From the NCBI RefSeq assembly GCF_009914755.1, contig NC_060926.1: a stretch of 64,000 bases of DNA. One strand, 5' to 3'. Each line of letters begins with the position of its first letter. The stretch's first letter is position 1. The DNA comes from the human T2T-CHM13v2.0 reference genome, Homo sapiens. This document shows positions 14,039-38,949 of this stretch, piece by piece. The notes beneath the pieces are model-generated. The model did not search any database, had not been told where the DNA came from, and saw only the letters and a list, made by a program, of their open reading frames with translations. The position numbers were made by a program, and so were the translations under genes.

Positions 14039-15644
14039 CTAGTACAAAGAATGGGAAATAATACAGAGGCATTCAGTTTAAAACAGCTCTGTGATTTCTT
14101 ACATCAATACATTTTGAAAATTGATAATATTCTTAGATTTTTTTTAACCATTTCCCACCAGCTAAGAGGATTTCATCAAACTTTACCTTCTTAAAATTTA
14201 TAAAACTTTTTCTGTGTGTTGTCCAAATGGTACTGAACATGCTTTTCAAAGACATTCCCTACACTATCCTTTTGGTAATCATGGTTCTACAGAAATATGG
14301 ATCAGTAGCAAATTAAAGAGTCTACCTCTAGGCTTGTGTTGTCCAAAATAGCTATTAGTGAGTTACGTTTGCTGTTGCTACTCTATACAAGAAAAAAGGT
14401 TTGCAATTAATATCACAAAGAGTGAATTTCCTGAATATAGAAATAATCCCTAGAAATAAAAAAGATTAAAAAAGTACTCTAATAGAAAAATTGGCAAAGA
14501 ATGTGAACATTTACAGAAACGGCTCCTAAATATTAAGATGTTCAATCTCAACCTTTAGTGACACAAATTAAAACACTGAGATACCCCCTTTTAACCATCA
14601 CATGGCAAAGATCAGTAACATGGATATAGCGTCCTTACGTATCACCGGTGGGAGAGTAAACTGATACAATATTTATGGAGAACAATGGTATAAAATCTAT
14701 CAACATGACAAATGCACATAGCTTCTGTTCAAATAATTTCATTTCTAGAAATTTATACTACAGCTATATATATGTACACTTATGCAAAATAACAAATGTT
14801 AGAGATTTTTCACTTTAGCATACTATACATACTATTCTGCATCACGCTATTTTACTTGACAACATATCTTAGAGACTGTGTAACTTAGGAAAACAATTTT
14901 TTCTTTCCTTGAATCAAGGCTACCATTGTGTTAAAAAAGAATTTGTTATGAGCATCTTAGATCTTTCCTCAAAACACAGCTGCTGTTCTCCAAAATCCTA
15001 CCTAGGGAATTACAGAATCAGGATCTCCCCAGTCACTGACCTTATGATGCACTCTGTGTAACCCAGCACTTAGACAGGCCGGCAGATTTATTTCCCTTTT
15101 TTCTCTTCTCTAAACAAGACACAACTCTTCTTCATTGCAACAGTTACTGCCCCACCTGGAACCTCAACATTAGATCTCACAGAATATTTCAAATTATGAA
15201 GCATTTAAACCCCCAGGGGCTGGACTGAACTCCTAACTACCATTTCTTACATGGTTTCTGTTAAAAATGTATTGCTAGTTATAAACATGATTTAGAATAA
15301 CAGAATGAAACGACTCCTCACTAGAGCAGTACTGTTCAATTTTTACTGAATTTAAGAATCATCTGGGAATGTTGTGTGAATGCAGATTCTTATTTACAGG
15401 CTGAGATTTGACATTTCTATAAAGCTGCTTGGAGATCCCTATTTGGTTGGTACAGAGACCACATGTTGAATCATGCTGTGCTGTAATTTCTGATTTATTT
15501 GAATAGCAAGGATCTATTTAAGTCTAAACCCATCCAATATTCAGAGTACTTCTGTAATTTTGTCCCTTCCTACTTCTCCAAATTTACCTCCTACTTGATA
15601 CCTCCAAGAATCCCTCTATGAAAGACAAACTATGCAACACTTAA

Positions 15645-15902
15645 GGGTCTCACCCTGTCACCCAGGTTGGCATGATCACGGCTCACTGCAGCCTCGAACC
15701 CCAGGCCCAAGCAATCTTCTCACCCTAGCCTCCCAAATAGCTGGGAACACAGGCATGTGCCACCACAATTGGCTAATTGTTTTAAATTTTGTAGAGTCAG
15801 GGTCTCCCTATGCTGCCCTGGCTGGTCTTTAACTCCTGGGCTCAAGAGATCCTCCCGCCTAGGTCTCCCTGGGATTACAGGCATGAGCCACTGCACCCAG
15901 CC
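15645..15902 (-). mobile_element. Alu (AluJ-like, degraded)
   Basis: Antisense Alu consensus. Confidence 0.85.
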
Positions 15903-16624
15903 AACACATTCTTAATACATATATTCAAAAGTATTTTATCATCTGTTCAATGAGCCTTGCCCTCACTATTTTCTCCATTTAACTTAAGACATTTTTAAGG
16001 CTCAGCTGGAATTCCATATTCTCCAGGTTTTCTCTGTCTTCTCCACTGCATAATGATCATCTCTTAATTGATATTTATATATATAGAAGAATTTATGTTC
16101 TAAATTTTTCTGGATGTCTTCCTCACACATTTATTAGACTCTTAAGAACAAGCAATGTCCAAAAACTCTCTCTATCCCCATTAACCTGCACAGTTATTTA
16201 CGTAATAAAAAGTGTCAAAAAATTTGTTGAGGTTGATAATGAAGCAGTGTGATAAAGCATACAAAATTAAACTTTCTTCCTCCTCTTTGGTAAACCGAAT
16301 AAAGTGGGGCTTTTGCAAAATTACCTATCAGGCCCAGCTAGGAATTAAAAATAGCAAGAGACCACAAGTCCACCTGACAATCCTAACCAATCATGCTGGA
16401 GTTGCTATCCTCCCTCCACCAGCTTTGGGGGCAATATCACTAGAGGAAAGACACATCAGTGTATCTGAAATTCCCATGCCTGGTCTGCCAGCTTCCCTAC
16501 CTCAGGCCACATAAATATCCTCAACCTTGCTGCAATCTCATCATTAGAATGGAACTTGTGCTCCTGTACCGTTCTCAGAGAAGGCAAGTGAAACAATGTT
16601 CCTTCTTAAAAAAAATTATTTTTT

Positions 16625-22339
<5,715 letters not shown>

Positions 22340-22551
22340 TAAAAAATTATTTTTAATTTATTCTTTATTTTTTTCAATGTGAAGTCTAAAATAAGGAAGA
22401 ACTTTTATTCTCAATTAGGAAGTCACACAGCAGAGTGGTTAATATCATGTATTTTGGTATCAGCCTGCCTACATTCATTATCCTAGTTCTGCCACATCTT
22501 AGCTGTGTGATCTTGGGCGACCTGGTTACTTCTCTGACTATAGCTTCCTCA

Positions 22552-22920
<369 letters not shown>

Positions 22921-23378
22921 TTAATATATGTTTTAACTTTAGCACTTAGAATAGTGCCTGGCACATGATAAGCACTATATATATTATTTACTATTATTAC
23001 TAATTCCTCTCACTGAGTCAACTTATTTAATTGGCTATCAAGTCCTACTGCTCTTTTCACTAAAAATTATCTCAGTTACATTTCTTCCATCCCTACTATC
23101 ACTGTTTTAGTTCATGCTTTCAGACTGTAGCAGTCACATGTATTCACTTTATATGTAAACTTATAAATAGCTAGAATAAGAATGAACCAGAAATATGTTT
23201 CTGGGGATAAAAAGATGTAAAACAAATAGAATCTTACAATTTCAACCCTAAATGAATCTAGGAAAGTCCAGAACAAATAAATCAGAAATTACACCACAGC
23301 ATGATTACTGCTACATCAGAGTAATGCACACAGATGCTAAGGTAACACTGAGAAAGAAGCTACAAAAAAAGTATTTCT

Positions 23379-23746
<368 letters not shown>

Positions 23747-23871
23747 TTAGGATCTACTCTTCATTCCAAAAGAACTATGAACATATCCCTTCTGGAGCAC
23801 TTAATGCATTATATTACTTTTATGGGATGTCCACAGCCATGGCTACTTTAACGTGTCTAAAACAGACTTCC

Positions 23872-24164
23872 TTTTTTTTTTTTTTTTTGAGACAGTCGTG
23901 CTCTGTCACCCAGGCTGGAGTGCAGTGGTATGATCTCGGCTCACTGGAACCTCCACCTCCCAGGTTCAAGCAATTCCCTGCCTCAGCCTCCCAAGTAGCT
24001 GGGATTACAGGCACCTGCCACCATGCCCAGCTAACTTTGTATTTTTAGTAGAGATGGGGTTTCACCATCTTGGCCAGGCTGGTGTTAAACTCCTGACCTC
24101 ATGATCCACCCGCCTCAGCCTCCCAAACTGTTGGGATTACAGGCGTGAGCCACTGCACCCGGCC
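23872..24164 (-). mobile_element. Alu (AluS-like)
   Basis: Antisense Alu consensus. Confidence 0.95.
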
Positions 24165-24693
24165 AAGACTCTGCCTCTTAATGTGATCACCTTAGGGGTT
24201 AGAATTTCAACCTAAAAATTTTGTGAGGACACAGAAATTCGGACTGAAGCCACACATTAGAGGAACAGAAAGAAAAAGCTATTGGGCGAACAAAGAAGGG
24301 AGTACTAGATCTTGTAAGTGAAGACAAGGGCCAAATCATGTAAGGCCTTACAAAGTTTGGATTTTATTTTTAATTGCAGTGGGAAGCCATTGGTGTATTT
24401 TTGAGCCAGGATCATCTTATTATAATTTTCTTTTTCATTTTTTTTTCCCTCTCCCTTCTCCCCTCCCACAGGATCTCATTATTTTGAAGTGATTGATATG
24501 ATATCAGTGTGGAGAATAGGTTGTAGGGAGCAACAGTGGAAGCGGAAAGATAGCAGGGAATGGTTGCAGTATTTTAGGTGGGAGATGATGGTGACTTGGA
24601 CCAGGGAGGTGGTAACAAAAATATAGAGAAGTGGATGGATTTAGGATATATATTTGAACCAACAACATTTGCTAATAAATTAGAAGGGATTTA

Positions 24694-25000
24694 TTGCAGT
24701 GAGCCGAGATCGTGTCACTGCACTCCAGCCTGGGCAACAGAGTGAGACTCCATGTCAAAAAAAAAAAAAAAAAGGCACAGCCATGATGAGTTGCCTGTAT
24801 ATAATAGGCCCCAGAGAGCTCCCTTGCCCCTTCTAACATATGAGGACACAGTCTGAAGGTACCATCTATGAACCAAAAAACCTCAGACATTGATTCTGCT
24901 GGCAACTTGGATCTTAGAATTCCCAGTCTCCAGAACTGTAAGAATTAAATTTCTGTTGCTTATATGTTATTTCATTATAGCAGCCTGAATGGACTAAGAT
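24694..25000 (+). mobile_element. Alu 3' fragment followed by MST/MLT1A-like LTR 3' part
   Basis: gcagtgagccgagatcg...poly(A); then gaggacacag ... ccagaactgtaagaattaaatttctgttg ... atggactaagat. Confidence 0.7.
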
Positions 25001-25854
25001 ATTTGCCAGTAACATTTGACTTCAGGTCCTCTGCTCTTGCTTTTCCTCTCTCAGGAACACTTTCTACCCAGCCTTTCACATGGCTATCTTCTCACCCTCA
25101 GCTCTTTGGCTGAAATGTCAGAGGGTCTTCCCTGACTTCTTACCTAAAGTAGCCTCTCTCCTAGTCACTCTCTCAAATAAGTGATAAGCTATTTGCACTT
25201 ATCACTACTTGAAATTATATCATTTGCTGACTTGTTTACTATCTCCCCATACTAGAATATAAAATTCAAGAGCTCTAGGCTTTTGTCTTGTCTCTGTTTT
25301 ATCCCTAATGCCTTAAAAGTGCCCAGCACAAAGGTGAAACGCAATAAAACATTTTCAAAATAAGAAAATTTAATGATTCGAACAAAGCAGTTTCAATGGT
25401 GGGTGAAAACAAGTCTGAAGGGGACTAATGAATGAATAGTAAAGAAAAAGAAATGGAAAATGTAAACTTCTTTTAGGAAGCATGATTGTGAGAGGAAGAG
25501 AGGTACAACAAAGGTGGAAGACAACCAAGGTTGTGGAAACGTCATTATGGGAAGAGAAAAACTTGTTCCTTAATTCTCTTTACATAAGGATCCTCTTTCA
25601 GAATTAAAAGTCCTGCATCCTCTCCTCAGAAAAATGCAAATACACCTTTACAAACAATTTCAGGGGATTTAAGACTCTATAAGGTCCTTGGACTCCAGGT
25701 GAAGAAGCCCTACAGTACAGAAACAATGAAGATTCCTAAGGCATGAGTTAATGTTAATTGATGGAGAAAGACAGCTGAGGTAATAAGAGGAAACCCAGAT
25801 AAAGATGTATTGCCCCGACACAAGAAAGACAAAAGCAAGGACAGGTGAAGATTT

Positions 25855-26140
<286 letters not shown>

Positions 26141-27937
26141 GGTAAGTGTCATGGAAATCTGAGGAAGTTTCTGTCTGGTTGAATTTTAATTTTTCAGTGA
26201 AACAGGAGCTAAGATTATATAATAAAAAGTATCATCGGTGTTGAGCAAAATATGAAGCACATAATATGTATTCAACAAATTATTGATTTTTTGATAGAAT
26301 GGAAAATACTGGAGTACTTCAATGGAATTCTGAAATCTGGTTCCACAAAAGCTTACTACAGTTGAGGTGGGTTTTTCTTTTTAAAAATATTGTCTCCAAA
26401 AGTGTAGACTTATAGACATTGAAGTAGAAAGGAACTGCCTCACTAACAGAAGGATGTGGAAAACCATACAAGATTTATGAATAATTCTGAGAGAGTATTT
26501 TATATAATAAAAATAAGTGGATAAATATTTTGGGAAACAATCAGCAAACTAAATACTGCGAGCAACAATAAAGATTAATCTTAAAAAAAATGTTGAGTAA
26601 AGAAGCAAGATGTAAATGAATACTTAGTACAATTCCATTCGAAGTTCAAAAACAAGCCAAACTGTAATGTGCATGTTCACATACAATGATGTGAAACATT
26701 AAGGAAAATCAAGGAAGTGGCTATCTTAGAAGTCAGGAGAGTGGCTATCTCTGGGGAGGGAAAGAAATATGTAATCTGAAAAGGTGATAAATAGTAATAC
26801 CTCTAACTGCCTCTGTGTATGGAGGACTTCAAAACCAAATCGTCCTAAACAAACTAGTCTAAGCAACTCAAAAAGAAGACAGAAAAGATCTCCCAGAGAA
26901 TCTCTACACCTGATTATATTCTGGGCTACAGGCAGTGATTTTTCTTCAGAAGGTAAACAGTACGCGAGATATTGTGGAAGCTGCCATTAAATAATGCCAA
27001 AGTTTAGGATTTAAAATTAATATTTAATTAATGTACCGTCCTAGTTATTTCCCACTAATTAAGACTGAAGAGTTTGGCTCATTAATCAATTAAAATACAA
27101 ACAAGAATCTGTCTTATCCTGGAAGCAGATTCGAATGCGACATCCTACTTCTATAACTAACCTGTTTTTTTCTACTTACAAACCTATTGTTATTCTACTT
27201 ATGTCCTTACACGTAAACAAAGTATACTTGAAATGCTGAACACCAGTACAGAAAATTTTAAACAAGGAAATCTCCTAGGATATAAGGTCCTGGAATGGAA
27301 GAAGGAAAACGTTGGGACACTATAATCTATGCAAACTTTCCCGAAGCTGCGAAAAAAAAAAAGTGAAAAAAAACCATATTTCTGTGAGTTTTTAGGTATC
27401 AAGTCCATGATCACCTAGTTATCCAATTTAAGTCTCAAATAGTTTTTCAACAAAAGCCAGCTTTCCCTGCCTTTACTGTGTATAATTTTTACTAAAATTA
27501 TCTGAGATTTTCATGCAAATGCCTATGTAATCTCAGCCTTTCACCACCCCAAGTCTAGAAAGAGGCTCAGAAATGAGCGATCGGGAGTCAGGCTGAACTC
27601 CCAAATCTGTGACTTCCAAATTCCTCGGCTCCACCAGAGCTTCCAGAGCGTTTCTAAACTGAACAGTCTCCCCAACAACCAAGCGGAGAGCTGCGGGAGG
27701 ACGCGAAGCAGTGACCATAGGAACTGGGCTCAAACCTAACCTCCCAAGAAACAGGGGCAACTCGTGCTGCCGAGCTTCCGGCCGGCAGCTGTGCCCGCCG
27801 CTGCCCCTCACAGCCGCTCCCGCTGCTAGCGCCCAACTCCGCCCGCCACGGCCCCGCACCCGCCACTCCTGCCCGCTTGCAGCCGCCTTCTCAGAGACCT
27901 TCCAGTCCAGTAGCAGCACTCTCCCCACCCCGCGCAC

Positions 27938-28009
27938 CTCCGCAGCTTCTACCTGGAGCTCCGGGTCCCTCCCCGGGCTCCTCGGCCCGCCGTCCTGCCC
28001 AGAGCTCAT
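27938..28009 (-). CDS. TSGA10: Candidate coding part of TSGA10 proximal first exon: MSSGQDGGPRSPGRDPELQVEAAE
   Basis: ATG at 28009 with G at -3; phase-0 donor GAG|GTGCGC at 27938 (alternative phase-0 donor CAG|GTAGAA at 27953); in frame with exons 13910-14038 and 4107-4322. Confidence 0.6.
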
Positions 28010-28579
28010 CCCCGCGACTGTCAGCTCTCGGCCTCAGCGGGGGATACAAGAACCGCCCACTCTCCATCCTCCGCCCCTTTCTCCTCCCTTCCCACCCCCA
28101 AATCGTCCTGGCCCCGCCCCGGCGGATCGGAGGAAGGACGGAGCCCGCGGGAAGGAGGAGGGGGCGGTTAGCGCCAGCCAGTGCCGCCGTGGCCCCGCCC
28201 TCACGCTCTGTACCGGAGTGGGGCTCGTCTTCCACCTCCCCGGCGCCCCAGCTTTGCTTCCGTCCCGCTCGCCCCCAGGCCCGGTGCGCACGCGTACCTG
28301 GCTCGACCTTCCTTCTCGCGGGGTCTACAAGCCGTGCGCGCGCTCCTACGCACGGAGCGACGCGTACGTCTACCTGCCTGCCTTACAGGGCACCTAGGAG
28401 GGACCCCTTCCTGGCCCATCCGCGCCGCGCAGGCGCACGCCCACGCAGCGCCTAGACGCCCGAGCCGAGCGTCCCGTCTCCTAGTAACCAGCCGCTAGCC
28501 CCCTTTTCCACGACTCATTTCTTAATCTCTGCCTGAGGCTGCCGCACCTGGATGGAACGCGCATGCGCAAGGCTGTCTC

Positions 28580-28807
28580 TCGCAGCCCCGCCTTCCCTCA
28601 GCTTGAAACACCTGCTGCTTCGCGGCGGTGGCTTTGTGCCACTTTTCCCAGGGCTTGGGCATCATTCTGGACCCATGTTCGGTGAACCGGTTACTCTCAG
28701 AGCTGCTTTCGGGCGCAGCTCCTGCTGCAGCCAGGGCCCGTTTTAAGAGAGGCTTCCAGGTCCAGCCCTCCCGCTGCAGCCTGCAGGGAGCGAGCCGGCC
28801 TGTCCCG
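28580..28807 (+). other. C2orf15: C2orf15 exon 1 (non-coding; start approximate)
   Basis: Donor CCG|GTGAGC at 28807/28808 at the CpG-island edge. Confidence 0.65.
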
Positions 28808-29154
28808 GTGAGCGTGGGCAGCCTGGAGTCAGGGGAGCCTGGGGACCACGGCCTTGGTCAGCTCTGCACGATCAGGGCTGAATCAGGAAGTGGCAGATCT
28901 AGCAACAAAGTCCAGATTCCTGACCGATATTCCTTCTCCACATGCCAGTCCTTTTCCAAATCCCCTCACCTTAAAGTGACAAATGAGCTTTTTAGTGAAA
29001 AAGAATGAGCGCTGCATTCTTCTACCAATTTTTTGGAGCCCAGAATGGGGGGGAAAAAAGTCTTCTTAATTTTTCTTAATACCTACCATGTCCCTTCTTA
29101 AATAACTCAAGAGCTTCTGGATGATAATGGTGACTTTATCTCCTTTTCCTGCAG

Positions 29155-29271
29155 ATGACATAGACACTAGGTTTTTACAGCAATTCTCTGATGACCTTGA
29201 TATGGTAGAACGCTGTGTATTTCAAGAGTAAGCTCTCGTTTGAGGAGACTAACAATTCCTGTTTTCGCCAG
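29155..29271 (+). other. C2orf15: C2orf15 exon 2 (5'UTR, 117 nt)
   Basis: Acceptor tccttttcctgcAG| and donor CAG|GTGAGT. Confidence 0.75.
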
Positions 29272-29939
29272 GTGAGTACTCATTTTTCCCCCCACAAGAT
29301 ATCATTGGCAGGGATAAACAACTTTTGTGTAGAACAAATTTAGTCATAAAAATACATTTAATATAAATGCCATGTTTTTCCAATGTCTTTTCATCGTGTT
29401 ATTACATGGTCTCATATTTTGTCGCATTTATTTTCAGATATCATATACTTTGTAAGTATAATTAGATACCAAAAAAAATTAAGTGTCCCTGTTATTTTAG
29501 ATTAAGAGGTTAGAGGACACAAGGAGCACATATCCTCGGAAATGTAATTTTTTAAATGCACAAAATAACAAACTGAGAAGTTATGTTAGAGGGAATAATG
29601 TATAATCTCATTTCCTCTTCAGATACTAAGATTATTTTGAATACATTATCTAGCATTATTAAAAACAAATAGGAAAGAATGTTCTAAGTTTAAAACTATC
29701 AGCTGGAGTTGAAGACTTCGGGGGTGGGGAGATTATTAATATAGGAAGTAGGAAAGTACTTCCCTTATAGAAAGAATAAGAAAAGTTTAAGCACTTATGT
29801 ATGCCACCTAGACGGTACTGAAGATTATTTGGAAAGAATATAAGGAAATGATCATTTTAAGGCCAAAAGAGGGTGAAAAGATTTTCCTTTTTTTTCCTAT
29901 CAAGAACTGTTGACTTTCTCCCCTAACCTGAGAAAGTAA

Positions 29940-31633
<1,694 letters not shown>

Positions 31634-31815
31634 TCACTAACTATCCTCAAGGGATGTGGTTTGCAATGCAAAAATTGCTTCAGGCTGGGGGAACTGTAAG
31701 TGCAAAGGTCCTGAAGCAGGAGAAGGTTTGGCATAGAATATGCTTGAGGAACAGCAATGGGGTGATAGGTCTGGGGTCGAATAAGGCAAAGAGACAGGAG
31801 AGAGTGCTTGCTAGT

Positions 31816-32615
<800 letters not shown>

Positions 32616-32709
32616 GCTGGGGACCAGATATGTAGATAATTTTTTTCTCTGATATGGGAAGCAACTAGAGTGTGTTGAGCAGAGGACTGCTGTGATCTGG
32701 GTTTTGTTA

Positions 32710-34172
<1,463 letters not shown>

Positions 34173-34272
34173 CGTAGCCTATCTTAATATCTAGTAAAGA
34201 AAGCCACTTTGTTCTTTTTCTCCAGATTGATTTATCTCTTTATGTACCTTTATTCTTACATATATATTCCAG

Positions 34273-34364
34273 ATTTCTTCTTGAATGGCAACCTAAATGC
34301 CAGTCCAAAGAGGCCCCCAATAGACTTGTTCACCCTTCATGTCCTCAACTCTGGGGAAGTTAAG
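34273..34364 (+). other. C2orf15: C2orf15 exon 3 (92 nt); contains upstream in-frame ATG at 34339 (MSSTLGKL...)
   Basis: Acceptor attccAG| and donor AAG|GTAAGA; ATG 34339 is in frame with the exon 4 ORF, giving a 125-aa form. Confidence 0.75.
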
Positions 34365-35560
34365 GTAAGACTCACAGGGCCAAGTCTACCCTATTATACT
34401 TGGTTCCTCCTCAGTCCTTTTATTAGATTGAAGTTTAATGTGCAAATTGATAATTATATGTTACCATTCTTTTACGTTTGTTGATTTCAAATGCCATGTT
34501 TTAGAGTTTTGTGTTTTTTAAAACGTTTTTTCAATTTTGTATTTTGAAAAAGTTTTAAACCTACAGAAATGTAATAATAATAATATGTAGAACAACTTTT
34601 TAAGCTTTACCTCCTAGATTTAACAGTTGTTAGCATTTTGCATATTTTACTGTCTTTCTGTATCTATGTATCTATCTATCTATTGCTAAACAATTTGAGG
34701 GCAAGTTGCAGATACAATTCTTCACCCCTAACTATTTCAGTATGTATTTCCTAAGAACAAGGACATTGACTTATATAACCACAATACAATTATCATATTC
34801 ATGGCATTTATCACATTGATCCAATATTATTATCTAATATTGTCCCATATCCAAATGTTTCAGTTATCTAAGTAATGATCTTTGTAGTACATTCCATCCC
34901 CTTCCCAATTCAAGAGCATTGGTTGCATCTGAAATAATGTATCTTTAGCCTCCTTTAATCTGAAACAGTTCCTCAGCCTCTCTGTGTCTTTCATAACATT
35001 GACATTTTTAGGTAGAAGCTATTTGTTTCATAGAAGATACTTCTGTTTGGGTTTATCTGATTGTTTCCTCATGTTTAGATTCAAGTTATGCATTTGACAG
35101 GAGTATTTCCTTTCTAAGAAAAAGAGAAACCAAATAGAATAAACTCAATTTTATTCATTTGAAGGCAGTATTAGATATTCCTTTGATGAGGAAGAAAAAT
35201 TCATCTTCAAGTTCCAAATCTAAAAATCAAATATACCCATATTTCAGAATTTCATCAGAGATATTAAAAAATTTAGCTAAGTTGTATTTGAGTCCCAGAA
35301 AGCCAAATATATACTATTTACCTAATTGTTATATTAATATTTGAGTAAGTACTATATTTAGGCTACTACAGTAGACCCAGGACTCTGTTTTGTTATAAAC
35401 ACTGATATTCAGTCACAAATATGGATAAACAGGGTTTCAAGATGATTCTTTAGAAATGTTCAGTCAGTAATTACAGCTTGATGAGTATGAAATTGTAAAC
35501 TATCAAAGATACCACAGTAGGTAAATATTAAAGACATAATACATTCTAAAAAGTGGGTGA

Positions 35561-36057
<497 letters not shown>

Positions 36058-36259
36058 GGGTGAGGGATTTCGATCGAAGCTGTGGAATCTGCTCCAGATC
36101 TCAGGTTGCTACTATAGCATCTTGGGTAGATCACTCTTCTCCAGTAAGCCCTGGGCTTTCTCAAACCTTTTCTGTACAGGAAGCCTGTCCCTTCTGCCAT
36201 CCTGGTCAACTCTGCCTACCAAATTCCTGCCCATCTTTGAAAGCGAAACCCTAACCTAG

Positions 36260-36962
<703 letters not shown>

Positions 36963-37429
36963 AATCACAAGTATCTTTATAGGACATCTTTATTTTTTAC
37001 AGAAAATAAAGTACTAGCAGAGTACTTGGCCTTCAGTCGTTATTTCTTTAGCCCATTAGTAATGAATAAAGAGGTTTCGCTAGCAAGAATGAAAGAAAGG
37101 ACTAAGAGAAGCTCTACTATTTTCTGAAAGGTGATAAAACATACAATCAGATAAATTTCCTTTTAAAAAGACTTTCAAATAAATCTTTAGAACCTGCAAA
37201 CCCTCCCACAAAGAAAATGTAAACACTGAAAGGTAGGAGGCAATTTTACTTTATATTTCTAGTATCACCACAGCTTTTCATTCAAACAAACATTGCCATG
37301 AAGTTAGGGAAATTCCTGCTGCATTCACTTGTTACTTTTTTTTTTTTTTTCAGTAATCAAGTTGAAGAAACACTTCCACTACTTAAAAAGGTACCTGCAA
37401 ATTACTTTCACATTTGTTCAGCTATCCTA

Positions 37430-37705
37430 ATGGGATTTTCACTTAGTAAATCTGCTACTCAGGTATCTGCTATACATATGGATTCAAAAGTGGATGATCA
37501 CTTAATACGAGGGACTGAAAAAAGCAGGTTGGAACCAGCGACTCAGTTATTTCAAAACACCAAGAAAATAAGATTAGAAGACACAAATCAAGAAAACTTT
37601 ACAAGGATTGAAGGGACTGGCACAGGATCTCTTTCTGGGAAAGCCTTGGGTTCAGTGGTATATGTCAAAGAAAGTGATGGACTAGAAATGACAGATGTGG
37701 AATGA
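37430..37705 (+). CDS. C2orf15: C2orf15 uncharacterised protein, 91 aa (MGFSLSKSATQVSAIHMDSK...EMTDVE); exon 4 begins at 37354
   Basis: Acceptor T-tract-CAG| at 37353; ORF ATG 37430 to TGA 37705; recognised sequence and location. Confidence 0.85.
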   Translation: MGFSLSKSATQVSAIHMDSKVDDHLIRGTEKSRLEPATQLFQNTKKIRLEDTNQENFTRIEGTGTGSLSGKALGSVVYVKESDGLEMTDVE

Positions 37706-38052
37706 AGCAATTTGTACGTATTACCAAAGAAACCAAAAACTGCCTTTGACTAAGGGGGGTGTTGAAAGAGAACTTAACCTTATTAGGAAACCCTGACAAA
37801 ATGATGGAAGACTATTGCCTTATTTTGCACTATTTGTGAATCATCTTACACTGCATTTTTTTATGATGCTTATTCAAAAGGCAGTTGCTTTAGGGTGAAA
37901 AAGCCTTCCAAGATTCAAAGCAGATTTCTCTGGTATTATATTATATCCTTCTTAAAAACCAGAGTTTTTAAGTAACAGTATTTGAATGGCATCAAAACAT
38001 TTTCATTTTAATGTATTTCTTTAACAAGTGGTTAAAAAAAGTGTCCAAGCAG

Positions 38053-38402
<350 letters not shown>

Positions 38403-38497
38403 TCAGTTTTGTATGTTACATTTCCATTTTGGGATTCTGCTTTATGATACTTTACTTTCTTACATTTTGCATTTTTGTTCTGTAAAAGATCACTGCC

Positions 38498-38521
38498 AAT
38501 AAACTGCAAAAGACCAATAAA
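38498..38521 (+). terminator. C2orf15: Candidate tandem poly(A) signals for C2orf15
   Basis: AATAAA at 38498-38503 and 38516-38521 downstream of the CDS. Confidence 0.5.
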
Positions 38522-38949
38522 TTGCATATCTTCAGAAGGATTTCACATTTTAAATCGTGCCTTTAAAACTGCTTTTTCCCCCCACATAGAATCCATTTTA
38601 GAGTTAGAAAAGTGTTCTTTCCAAGTGTTAATAGTTTGTCTTGCAGATGGTACCATTTTATGTCACCAATATTTAATATGAGAAAAAACAACCTGTTTAA
38701 AAACCTTGTTTTGTATATCAGTTATGAAAATATCTGGTAGTTGGAAATCTCTTTAATATTCATTTTAAAAGAGGAAAGGGCATCTTTTCCGGGGGGAAGC
38801 TATATTTTATTAATCAGAAAAATACTAAACAAATGTGTTTGTAGGGAATATTGAGAGTGAAAAACAATTGTTGAATGGGACATAAGCCAAAAAGACAATG
38901 CTTTTTATTATTTACAGAACGTAATTCTTTAGAAGAGAAAAAAAATACA

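Larger units (their letters stand above)
27570..28870. promoter_or_regulatory. CpG island; bidirectional promoter for TSGA10 proximal exon 1 (-) and C2orf15 (+)
   Basis: Very high GC and CpG density; GC boxes at 28111-28120, 28161-28167, 28191-28200; NRF1-type GCGCATGCGCA 28559-28569; RFX X-box-like GTCTCCTAGTAAC 28476-28488; divergent splice donors at 27938 (-) and 28807 (+). Confidence 0.9.

Noticed and set aside
27533-29008. Long overlapping ORFs (up to 228 aa) on both strands in the CpG island
   Set aside because: Expected from GC richness (few stop codons); Pro/Arg/Ala low-complexity with no recognisable domain. Only the first 24 codons of the 28009 ORF are supported by a splice donor and frame continuity.
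37298-37353. 135-aa ORF start upstream of C2orf15 exon 4
   Set aside because: Runs through the intronic polypyrimidine tract (poly-Phe) ahead of the acceptor at 37353.
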